Assembly (NCBI GenBank): GCA_964057225.1
Contig: OZ059897.1
Coordinates: 15,438,001 to 15,502,000, forward strand
Origin: Auanema rhodensis
Lineage: Eukaryota > Animalia > Nematoda
Direction: 5' to 3'
Length of the DNA: 64,000 nucleotides
Shown piece by piece: positions 49,737-61,909 of the stretch. Position 1 is the stretch's first letter; every line of letters starts with the position of its first letter. A program made the translations under genes and the position numbers. Under the pieces are notes generated by a model. That model saw only the letters and a list, made by a program, of their open reading frames with translations. It did not search any database and was not told the origin of the DNA.

Positions 49737-52700
49737 AGAGATTGAAAAGCAATTTCTTTATCATGTTTCAGACAGTTCATGATGTTGAAAACCTAAAATC
49801 TGCACTTTATGAACAATCAGAAAAAAATACTTTAAACATATTGATGAAATGGTCAGGTAAATATAAGATCGGCATCATGGTCATCAACATTGGGGGGAAA
49901 AAAACTTTAAAAACTGGTATAAAGGAGAAACCGGAAAGGAAGTACAGCCTTTGATTTTTTTTCAATTGTTATACAGCCACATTAATACTATATTAGAATA
50001 TACCCTCAAAAATCAAATATAATATTGTTACTAAGTCAAATGAATAATTTCTTGAAATATGAAGTAACCAGAGATCTACATGTGTCAAATTATGCTTATT
50101 ATGCTTATTATTATAAAATGAATAACCAGAAAACAACTTGAATTATAGAAAAGATAAACATTTCAAAGAGTATTGACGCTAGCTTAGAAACAAAGCCGGG
50201 CTAAGATCCAGGAGCAATATGAAGCTAAAGTTGATGCTGATGAACAGAAAATGATTGGTTAAAGAAGGATTGGATGACAAATTGCTGTCTAAGATGGTTA
50301 AAGACAATGAACAAAAAACAATGAAGATAAAGTCCACAAAGAACAAGCAACAGTGGAGCAAAATCGTTTCGGGAGAGCGTAAGAGAGTTTGTGATGGAAC
50401 TAGTGTAAGTCAGCGGCGAGCACGCGAAAAGCAATGATTTCGACTATAAGATGATCGGAAAGAAGGAGAATAAGAAGAAGAAATACTACAGAACAGTGTG
50501 TGATTCGTGAGCAAACAGATACCGAGTAGCCATCAAGCGAAACCCAGCGGTCTAGTCGATGACCACGATCATCTCTTATTCGCTTGTGTGCTGCTCGTTG
50601 ACGGTGTCGTTCGCTCATGTCTCTGTTGGACGCATGTCATCGTTGCGTTGTTGGAGACATCGTTTCAGCCGTTACGGAATTTATGTTGGCGCTTATGAGC
50701 AAGAGCTTGTTAATCATGACGGACAACAAGTTAGTGATTGGAGATTGACTAGAATTAGTATTCCACATGAAAAAGCTTATAATGAATCATAAAATGTATA
50801 AAGCAACATTCTTTCAAATGATTTTTTTCAAAAATTTGAAACAAAAAAATAATTTTTTACACCCATAAACAAGCAGACATCAACAACAGACATTTATCAA
50901 AAAAAAAAGGAGACAGAAGTGACTGAAAACCGTCTGAGTGGACGAATTTCGAGCTTGAGAACTTAAGGATGAAAATTATAAGAGGATCCGTTTAGTGAAC
51001 CATAAAAGAACTGAATGCTACAATAGTGAGATGCTGCTACGACAATCGTGAAACCGACTTGAAACAGTGAATTTGACGATTGGAATCGAATATGCATCAC
51101 AAGATCGTCAATTGCGACGTGCGAGATTAAGAACAATGAGAAGACGATGACTAAAGCTAGAAACACGAAGGTTGCATCCCAACCACAAAGGTAGCATATC
51201 GTCCACAAAATACAGGAAAAGGATGAGAAACAGAGCAATTATTAAAGAAAAAAAGAATTCTGTTCTTCTGGCTAATCTAAAGTATTTAATGGACAAAACT
51301 GTATCTATAGTATTGATGGCGATAAAGAGAGAGAGAGAGAGGGAAAGAAGGAGAGTGTGACAAAGAGAAAGGGGGGTATGTCTGGAATATAGGACGGATA
51401 TAGCTGCAGGCTTCAACACAACAAATAGAGATAGAAGGAAAATGTTATGAAGAACAAGGAATATGAGATAGAATGTTGAAAACGACAACTTCTGTATGAT
51501 TACGAATTGAAGACAACAAATACAATGAGAATGAAGTAAAGATTGTGTCATCATATCAATCGAATTATTGTTTAGAATTACAATATGATATTAGGTTGAT
51601 AAAGATCTAATGTGATATGAAAAAATTTAAAAAATAATTTTAAGATAATTCATTCTATTTCATAATTTTTCAAAAAAAAAAAATCAAATTCATATAAAAC
51701 CAATTGATGATTGTTAAAATTTCTGATGAAAAATGAAAGAAAACGGGAAAATCGAGAAGAAAAGCTTCGAAGTTAAATGAAAGTTGGGATAGAAATAGGA
51801 ATGAATTCTAGATCAAGAATAGACTATTGCTGAGGGAAAGCTGGAAGACACAGAGGGTGCAAAGAAGAAAAAGCGAAACAGGCAATGAGAGAGAGAGAGC
51901 GTATAAGCTGAAGCGAGGGAGAACTGTTCAAGTATCTCATATACGATCTCTATCTTTAGATCTTATTCTCGACATCATTATATGAAGCTAGAACTCTCGT
52001 AGACGAACTGGGTGATGGGCTACGAATAAAAGCACCGGAGGGCTAGACGGATAGAACAAGAGAGTGGAGGAGAGGGAAAGAGAAGCGTCGCCTGTCGTTC
52101 CAGGGCTGGAAAATGAACAGCAATGAACGGGAAAAGCAAAGAAGATGAGAAGAATGTGGTTGATAGACTATACGAGAATAGGAGATGTATCAACTATTCA
52201 TTACTATAAATTGGATTAAAGTTATAAATCAATAAATAGCCTGAGGGCAATAGGAACAAATAGATAACCGACGGTAAAATCAGATGATCTCTTAGGTTAT
52301 GTTCAGCTGTTAAATAATGTTGAAGATGCTTATCCTGTTCTTTCAATCCGTATCGTCTGAATATCAGTTCTGGATTGTTGAATACATGAATACACTAAAG
52401 CAAGATGGGCCAATACTACGATATAATGATCAAATGGCTGGTATTCTTTCGTGCTTACTTAGATAAATACATTCACATATACACGGATTCAGATTTAACG
52501 GAACTTGAAAGAAAGTGAAATCGTGTAAGAATTGTAGCTTCAGCAGCAGAATTGGACATCAGTGTCCTCAGTGAATAGTACGAGTAGTCAAGATACGACG
52601 GAAAGCCTGGTGGCCGAAACGGAAGAAGCTGGACCGCCAGAGCTTTTTTGTGCCCGATGAGTGACACGAACGCCCTGAGGCTATAGAAGAGGAGGAAAGA

Positions 52701-55561
52701 GAGAGAAAGAGCGAAAGAGGCAAAATGTGCGTGTGTTTGTATGTTCGTTCTCTCGTTCTCTCTCTACATTTCTGTGCTTGGAGTTATATCTATCACTGCT
52801 TTCGACCGCTGTATTGGTCATAGGGTCTGCTTGTGGGGCAGGCTGCTAGTTGGTACTGAAAGGGAGAAGGAGACTAGTGTTAGTGAAGGGAGTCGACACG
52901 CTTGCAGACTGACCAGTTAGAGAGGTACAAGATTCGTGATGTTTTGGTGAATATCAGACAGACAGATGAAATTCAGGCCGAGAAAGAGAGACGAACGCTT
53001 GAGGGGGCACGGAGAGCCAGAACGAACTGAGAGTTGGACACAGGCTTACATCTCTCTCCTTCTTTCTCTCCCTCTCGTTTTTCCCATGTCTTCTATCTTG
53101 TTTTGGACTCTGAGAGTAAGCGTAATCAAGAGAGAGACTCCAGAATTGCTGGTCCTAACCCCATTCGCTCACTATTCTCTGACAATTTTTTCCTTCGCTC
53201 TCTTGCTTTTCTAGCTTTTTCTCGTGCTCTCTCACAACTACTAGCCCGCCAGACTACAACCCAATAACGGATGGTCGGACAGCACACCCAGCCACGACTG
53301 GCTAATGAGAGAGCTTGGGACACGAAGAGGGTTGGAACGGCAATCGCGATAACACACTCGGACATGAGGCAGCAGACATTTAGACGATCAGACAGCATCC
53401 GATATGAGAGTGTGTTAGACAGCTTGGCCGTACCTAGCACGGTCGTTTCTCTTTCCTCGTTCTAGCCTGCTAAACCAAGTCCGTCTCCTGCCTTCTATCA
53501 TTATTCCTCTCCATCTCACCCTCTGCTTTTCTCTCCCCCTCATCTCTCTATATCATTCATCTGATGAAATTGGTAAGCTAATGTTCCATGATACTCGAAC
53601 CATCATATGAAAAATACGAAAAATCGTTCAAATCATCAAAATCTTAAAGAAACATTTCATTCGGATATGTTTCATTCGAAACTCGGACAAAGCGTTCCCG
53701 ATTAGAAATGTTCTATAGAAATTGTGAAGTTTCAGATTCTCAGAAAGTTTCTTTGAATCTGATATACACAATCATTTGTTTTGAAAATACGTCATTCTGC
53801 CTCACTAAATCATACCATCGTTGATTATAGATCGATAATCTGAAAATCTAAAGAACTTGTGTTAAGTTTTTATTTAAAATTTGTAGTCATGGAAGCCGAA
53901 TGAACGGAACAGCAGAAGTAGATTAACTAGACGATGAGATGATTTCCAGCATATACTTAGTAGTTTTAAACTACATTTCAATATATTTTCTAAAATATAT
54001 TAATATTTATTATTAAATAATTAAGAAACATACATATTTAAAAGAAATAATAATATTATTTAACAATTATTTGATTAGTTTAAGGATTTTGGATGAAACC
54101 TTACCTGATTTTTGATTTGATCATAAAACTTCAAATCCAACATTTGTTTTCAAAAGAATTATTAATATTCAATTTTAAAATAATATTATAAGTAAGATCA
54201 ACAAATAGAAAAGAATGAGATATATAATAATAGTGAAAGACATTTATAGTTAAAACATATGAATAATTATAAACAAAAATTGACATTTATGTATATGTAT
54301 ATATCTCAATTTAGTCATCAATACATCTCTTTCTATTTCAACCTGTAAAACCTTTTCAACTTCTTAACCGACACCAAACTACTTTACCAGGTTTCTCTCT
54401 ATTTCTCTCTTACTTTCTTTCTTTCTCCCTCTATCCTCTTCTCTCTCTCTCTCTCTCTCTTTACCAATCTCTCACTCTTTTATATATCTCTTCGATCCAC
54501 TAGCGTGAAAGAACTACGACGACGTGCAAATGCTGGAATAGCTAAAACAACGAGAAAAACGACGACGTGACCCAGATGGTAGCCAGCACGATCCTTACAT
54601 CGAGCCAGGCGGTCCCACGTCGTGCCTCGTTCGAAACAAAAAGGTCAGGACGTTTCAATATAGCATGATATTTAACTCGAAAAAAAAAAAGATAAAACTG
54701 CTGCATATATTTATATGAAGAAGGGAAACTTTTTCAAATTAAATCTATATGTTAATGATAATTATGCGAATATATCAAGAAAAACTTTAGTTATGAAGTG
54801 AACTTTATAGAAGAAAGTTGGCAAAAAAACTGTCGAGTAATCAAAGAATAAGCAGTTTCAGTATTAACAGAAATAATTATAAATTTCAACAATAAATTGT
54901 TTATGTTTTAAAAAATGCTGATATCATCATAAAACTTATCGAAACAAAATAAAAACATAACGTAAGAAATGTGTAAAATTATAATTAAATTTTATATAAT
55001 TTATTATAATTACATACATATTTCTTTATTTTAAGTAAACTATTCAAATTATTTAATTGAAGATAATGTAGTAGACATTCAACATTTTGAAAAATTCATA
55101 TTGAAAAATCTGTTGTTTTGCCAAATGTGTCTTATCAGTTAATTCTTAACAAAATTTGAACGAACGCTCTAAGACAAAATGGCCGAATAAGCGATATAGA
55201 GAGAAAGAGGGAGGAAGAGATAGAGAGAAAAGTGGAGATAGAGATAGAATGAAAGTAGGAGGTAGATAGATAGTAGGATAGTTAAGAAGACAATGCTTTT
55301 GGTACTTTGTCTTGATATCAAAGAAAGAAATTACTTTTATATTTCTTTAAACGACAATGATATATGTATATATGAATATATGTAACTTGATGATAAACCT
55401 CAATGAATTTCGTATGAAACATTTTGAAACAAAGAAGAAAACAAAATATGTTAATATATAAGAAAATAAAAGTTCATAAAAGGTATAACATGATGTTAAA
55501 ACTGTCTTGTTCCTCCCCTTAAACCCTCAAACTATCTTCTTGCTATCTTCTTATTCTCTTA

Positions 55562-55637
<76 letters not shown>
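55562..55637 (+). repeat. (CT)n microsatellite
   Basis: Long CT run with two interruptions. Confidence 0.95.
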
Positions 55638-58472
55638 ATCAATCATAATCATATTATTGACTCTTTTTCATTTCACGTCTAACTATCAATATTTCCTATT
55701 TTCTCTCAATCTCTTTGTCATAGTAATATTCTCACTTTATATCTTTCTCATTGTATGCCTTAGGCTATCCGTTAAGGAAGTGTCTTTCCGTTTGCCACAC
55801 ATAGACCTCCCAAACAGCTAGGCGTACCAGTTGGAACGGAATGGCTCCATATCTTTACACCGTTTTTCTAAACTTTAAAGAGCACTATATATTTTATTAT
55901 TATATATATAATAATAATTGATTACTTTTTTTTAAAAAAAATGAATGATTCAAATGTAAAAAAAAAATTAATAAGTGATTAATATTCTAATAAAAAATCA
56001 ATAATTTCATTCAAAATTAATTCATTTTTAATATTAAAATAAATAATATATTATGTTAGTGATAATATTATTATATACAAATAATACTATTCTTTTTGTA
56101 TATTTTTTTAGAATTTAGATAGTTGATAGACAGGATTATAGTTATATTCATTTATCAAGTTGAGAATATCAGAGAGAAAAATTTGCTTTTATATTCTAAA
56201 AAGATAAATTTTTTGTTCGTTTTTCATGTTCTTTTGAAATAATTTTAAAATAATATCTCGATGAACAAGACAGTTTGTGCTGGCCAACACTGTTGCCATC
56301 ATTCGTTTTTGGCTCCGCCTGCCTACAAAGTCTTAAGAAGTGGATTTTATAATTTCTGATGGTAATACATCTATTAATAAAATAAATTTCCAAATTTTTT
56401 TTTTGTTTTTGGTGAAATGAAATTTATCCATAAATCTCTATGTAGTATGCATGGACAATCTGATATATAATAATGAGAATAAAAGAATAATTATAATAGA
56501 AAGTACGGTAAAATAGAAAACGTTACTACTTGAGGGCAAATGTGATATACTAACGAAGTTGACATCTTCTTTCAGGATTCTCTACAACTAAAGACCATGT
56601 TCTTGGTTTTTGTGAAATACTCATTCGTATCTTCCTCTTTCCCTTTCTCTCTCTTTTTCTCTCTATCGCTGTATCCCTCTCTCTCTCTCTATCTTTCTCG
56701 CTTTCTATCAATCTAATTCTCTTTCACTTTATATCTTATTTAACCTTCTTTATCTCACTCTTATGTTTAAGTTCTCTACTTATTCTCATTTGATCGCCAA
56801 GCGCAAAGTGCAAATGTCCTCGGCAGGGCGGTACCAGGAGGAGGAGGAGTTCGGATTGGATAGAAATGGGGCAAGGCTCTGAGCTGCCTGGTGCTGGCTG
56901 GCGGATGCCAAATTAGTGCCTAATTCGAACAAGGAGAAGAGAAAGATATAAATGAGGTTCATGAGAGAAGACGAAGCAAGAGAAAGAGATGAAATAGAGA
57001 GGGAGAATAGACTTTAAAATATTTTAAAATGGAAAAGATGCTGAACATGAAAAGTTAAAGACAATTGGGTATTAAGTGAATCCCGAATGGATAAAATGAT
57101 ATAATTAGACTTACACACAGGTATGAACGGATACAAGAATGTATTTGAAGCTCTAAATTTCAAAAAGAGCTTTATTGAAGATTTCCTTCAATAGATTTAA
57201 GTGATGATTTGTTTCTGAAAACTTCCATCTTATAGCTGGATTAAAAGTATATATAACAATTTATTTGATTCAAAAAATGAAAAATATATTATATTATAGT
57301 ATAGTATATAATAACTACATTTAATAAAATAATAGATAACAAGTAGTTTTTCTTTTAATACTTTTCATAATGACAATTTGAACAAAAAATAAGATTTGAA
57401 GCTGTAACAAAAGGGAGAAAACGAAATATTTTATTTAATCTAACAATTTAAAATTTTTTTTTGCATTTCAAAAATAAAAAAAAGGAAAATACAAGTTCAA
57501 ATTTTATTAGATTAAAATTTAAAAAATCTATCTTGTGTCTAATAATAAAAAGTATTTGAAGATGAAGAAGAATTTTTTGAATCTTTTTTTTTCTCTTAAA
57601 ACTGATCAATGTAATCGTAGATTCAACAGAGAAAAAAAGAAAAATTCAAATTCTAAGCCAGAGTGGATTGGTCGGCAGATTGAAAAAAACCTGAAGAATC
57701 TCCGCGCCGAGAGACATTTTTTTCAATGTTTGATTAAATTCTCATAAATCTTAAAATAATGATATAAATCAGTTAAAATCTATGTTTAATGTTGAACATA
57801 TTTATAAAAAAAATTTAAAATATTCAAAAAAAATATAAATATATTATTAAAATAATTAATTCATATAATTAGGAACTAAATACTATTAGTGGAATGAGTC
57901 ACTGAATAAAGTTTTTCTTATTCATTACTCTTTTAAACCTTTTACTCACTTTCTCATCTCTTTCTCAGGTAAGGATATTAATTATTTAAAAAATTCACAC
58001 AATTTCTTCATTAGATTCATTCATTAAATATTAAAATATCATGTCAAAATCATAACTTTGAAGAACATTTTTCTTTTTCTGCTGATAGATTATTGAAAAA
58101 AAAATTTTTTGAGAAAAAGAAATATTTTTATAATTTAAAATCTAAAATTTAATATTTTTTTCCTCAAAAAACGTTATTTAAAAATAAGCAAATTCGAAAT
58201 TGTTATGAGGAACAAACTAATTTATATTTTTCAAATATAACTAATTATTTTATAATTTACTTTTCAAATCTGTGTGTCTGTATCTGTGATGTGTATTACG
58301 GATGATTTTTAATGGATTTTTCTGAGACTTACTTGAATGATTAATCTTTTTTAATTTCGAGTTGTTTACTATTGAAAATAATTAACAATGAGATGCAAAT
58401 AATAATTTTATTAATAATAATATTTAATGTTTTTTACATTTTTGAGGACAAGTCCTAGAAAACAGTCTTTCC

Positions 58473-59502
58473 TTATTTATTAGGATAAGCAGCAATGATA
58501 CTCCTGAAAACATTCAAGATAATGAGAGCTATATTAACGAAAATAAAAGTTATCGATATGAAAATACTCACTTATTAATCTTGAAACCACCACAATCACG
58601 AATTTGGGAAGCGAATTGTTTTCTATCGGGCTTCTTCCATCCTCCGAATGGCTTGAAATCATTGAAGTCAGCAGGAGATGCTCCATTCACTCCATCTCCA
58701 TTGTTACTTATATACCTTCAGAGAAAAATATTGTTTAAAGATATATGGATATTATGCTAACCACAGCTTGTCACCTTGAGTTGAATAAGAGGTTGTTCCT
58801 CCAGTGATCGTATTGAAATCTTTAGCACTTGTATAGAATCCAACTTTAACACCTTTGATCTTGAATATGAAAATGAGCTAGAAGACTGAAAACATTAGTA
58901 ATACCATAGCAGCAGATCTAATATCATTAATCAAATTATTATTCACGGTAACATTTGTATTCCATTGAGAAGGTTCAGCAATCTAAATATAATTACATTT
59001 ATGGAAATTAAAATGAATATTATAACAATACCTTGAACCAAATAAATCTCAATCGGATTCCCAATGAACTCATATAGTTATAGAAAGTATCAAATTGAGT
59101 TATACCGCCAAAGAAATCACTGAGAACAGGAGAATAGTAAAATTCAACTTGAAGATTAGCTGTAAAACAAAATTATAAAGAAAAAATAGCACATAGTTAA
59201 TTTTACCCATAGCAGCAGCTTTGGTATTGAAGTATAGCTGATAATCAGTTGAGCCAGTCATATTAGTTATTGGTTCATTTGCCCTAGAAAATCAAAAAGA
59301 TTGAAACGAATATCTTCTTACAATCAAACCTGAACACGGCAGTTGCAAATGAATTGTCTTCAACTCCAAAGCATTGAAGTTGAGTAATATCAATATGTAT
59401 TGTTTCAAAGTCCAAAGCATAAAGATATCCACGAGGGGCAAGGCTGTACACATTAGCTAATGTTACAGTAACAGTACAGAAGAGAATAGCCAAGCGAAAC
59501 AT
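58473..59502 (-). CDS. Nematode protist-type (GH25-like) lysozyme, copy A, 7 exons
   Basis: Signal peptide MFRLAILFCTVTVTLA, YALDF, FIWFKI, VGFYTSAKDF, LWYISNNG, DFNDFKPFGGWKKPDRKQF...CGG.KIN; intact spliced ORF. Confidence 0.88.
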
Positions 59503-59874
59503 TTCTGAAAATAAAAAATTAGTTTTGAAGGGAAAAGTCAATTGGGATAACCCTCACTTGTACTGAGAGTTTATAAAGCTTTTCCTTATCATTTGATAAG
59601 TATTTCGATAATATTGATAAAAATTTTAATCTTTTTACATTTTATCTTCACGAATGACGATATATTCGAACTTTGATTTATTTCTCGTCTAGAAAACAGG
59701 GTGTGGTCCATGTTTCCAAGAAGCTCGTATTACCGTATACAAGAAGAAGAAATTGTGAAAATTGGTAAGCTCCGCCCCTTTTTTCAAATTCAAATAATTC
59801 AAATTTGAAATATATGAACAACCGTTAATACATCTAAAAAATTTAAAAATAAACATTTGAATGAACATGATAAT
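59470..59874 (-). repeat. Left arm of 405-bp inverted repeat
   Basis: Reverse complement of 60220-60624 with no indels; only 2 mismatches seen (codon 2 TTT vs TAC). Confidence 0.95.
59565..59620 (-). promoter_or_regulatory. TATA-like box plus paired GATA (ELT-2-type TGATAA) sites, present upstream of all three lysozymes
   Basis: CTTATCA-TT-TGATAAG inverted GATA pair at 59585-59600, TGATAA at 59615, TATAAA near 59570; copies at about 60474-60529 and 63862-63915. Confidence 0.65.
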
Positions 59875-60041
59875 GAAAAATAAGGAATAGTCTTGTTCCT
59901 TACATGTTCAAAGACTTGATAGAATAAATAAAATAATTTTTTTCTGTTTCTTCTTTTCAATTTGTAATTTTACAAAAAAAACAAAACAAATAAAATATTT
60001 GAAATAGTATTAAAAACATATATACTATACATATATAATAT

Positions 60042-60118
60042 ATAAATAGTATATATATATATATATATATATAAATAGTATATATATATATATATATAAA
60101 TAGTATATATATATATAT
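60042..60118 (+). repeat. (TA)n-rich minisatellite, three AAATAG(TA)n units, in the spacer of the inverted repeat
   Basis: aaatagtatatata... repeated three times with variable TA count. Confidence 0.85.
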
Positions 60119-60219
60119 TATAATATCTTATTAATAAATTTATAATTAATATTTATATTTTATGAATAATAATTCAAACAAAATCTCTGTGACTTCACAT
60201 TTTTTAAAAATAAAATTTT

Positions 60220-60624
60220 ATTATCATGTTCATTCAAATGTTTATTTTTAAATTTTTTAGATGTATTAACGGTTGTTCATATATTTCAAATTTGAATTAT
60301 TTGAATTTGAAAAAAGGGGCGGAGCTTACCAATTTTCACAATTTCTTCTTCTTGTATACGGTAATACGAGCTTCTTGGAAACATGGACCACACCCTGTTT
60401 TCTAGACGAGAAATAAATCAAAGTTCGAATATATCGTCATTCGTGAAGATAAAATGTAAAAAGATTAAAATTTTTATCAATATTATCGAAATACTTATCA
60501 AATGATAAGGAAAAGCTTTATAAACTCTCAGTACAAGTGAGGGTTATCCCAATTGACTTTTCCCTTCAAAACTAATTTTTTATTTTCAGAAATGTACCGC
60601 TTGGCTATTCTCTTCTGTACTGTT
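60220..60624 (+). repeat. Right arm of 405-bp inverted repeat
   Basis: Mirror of 59470-59874 (paired coordinates sum to 120094 at both ends and at the two ATGs). Confidence 0.95.
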
Positions 60625-61639
60625 TATACTGTTTTAGCCAACCCCATTGTGGTTAAAGAGCAAGATGCTTCAGCTGTTTGTTTCTGAAAAAAATATTTAA
60701 AACTAATTTTTAATTTTTATTAGAATTACCAATATGGTTTTGCTACTCGATTTCCTTTAAATGTATCTTCTATGTCTTGTCTAGCTGAAAGTGGATTCGA
60801 TGTTGTATTCGCAAGGTTAGACATCTCTTATAAATATTCTCGTATATGTTCTTAACATCAGAGTTAATATTCCTAGTCAAGGAGTATTCGATGCTAATGC
60901 GATCACAACTATCCGATCGGCTTATTCAGGTATTACCTCGTCTTAAACTTTGTTTTCAAAATGTTTTATAATTATAGCTGGAATTCCAACTGAAGCCTAT
61001 GTTGAACCATTAATATTCATTAATCATACTAATATACTTCCAAATATTTTCAAAGGATTGAAGAACAATGGTGTTAAACTCAGATCTATTTGGATAAGGG
61101 TTTGTCTAGAATAAGAAAACATATTTCAATAATATGCCACATTAAGGTTACTATTGATATAGCATGGTCTGGTATGATTGATAGAAATGTGAAGCTTTTG
61201 TCTGATATGAAAAACTATGCTAAAGTTTGGAAAAGATCTTGCGGGCTTTATGAAATATTGTTTAATTTAGGCTCAAGGTGTTCAAGTTGGATTCATTACT
61301 AACAAATTTATTTGGGAGCATGTTACTGATAATACTCAAGTATTTGCTAGTGATCGTCTTTGGTATACAAACACAATCGCCACTGGATCAATTGGTGAAA
61401 CTTCTACTAATTTCGATGATTTTGAAAGTTTCGGTGGATGGGTATCTCCAGTTATTAAGGAGTTTGCGGTTGCCGAGAAAATTTGTGGACACAACCTCAA
61501 CAGGTTTAAAATAACAAAAATGCATATATAGTTAAATATAATTATAATAATATTTAGAATTGTCTATAAAGGAGATTCTGCAACTCTTAATATTGCAAAG
61601 ACCAATGAAGAACTGACTATTGGTGGAAACTTTCATTAA
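60592..61639 (+). CDS. Nematode protist-type (GH25-like) lysozyme, copy B, 7 exons
   Basis: MYRLAILFCTVYTVLANP, MSCLAESGFDVVFAR, GIPTEAYVEP, SIWIRVT, LWYTN...GETSTNFDDFESFGGWVSPVIKEF...CGHNLN, tail LTIGGNFH*. Confidence 0.88.
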
Positions 61640-61909
61640 ACTATTATGAGTCAAATTTTTTTAATAATTTGTATAAAAAATAAATTATATTTAAAAGTAA
61701 AAATATAATATTATAAATATATTAACTATATAAATGAAAAAAAAACTTGTGGGTTTGTGTGGAGTATTACTGTATAGATATTTGATTTTAAATTTCATTT
61801 TTGTTTGAAAATTCTAGATTATAACATTTTATTTATATTATATGTGTACAGGTAAAACTTGTTTTTTTTTTTAAATTGAATATAAAAAAAGGTTTTTTAT
61901 TGAAAATAT

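Larger units (their letters stand above)
32560..56920. promoter_or_regulatory. lin-42 extended cis-regulatory domain (intronic and upstream islands)
   Basis: Repeated GC-richer islands bracketed by GA/TC tracts, containing recurrent CTGGYAC, TGACCAG and A/T-rich+RGGTCA motifs; no other credible gene between 45033 and 58473. Confidence 0.6.

Noticed and set aside
41784-55821. Many short ORFs rich in LSLS/RERE
   Set aside because: Translations of (CT/GA)n microsatellites.
59470-60624. Interpreting the inverted repeat as a MITE or foldback transposon
   Set aside because: Arms include the ATG, signal-peptide codons and promoter of host genes, and no target-site duplication is visible.
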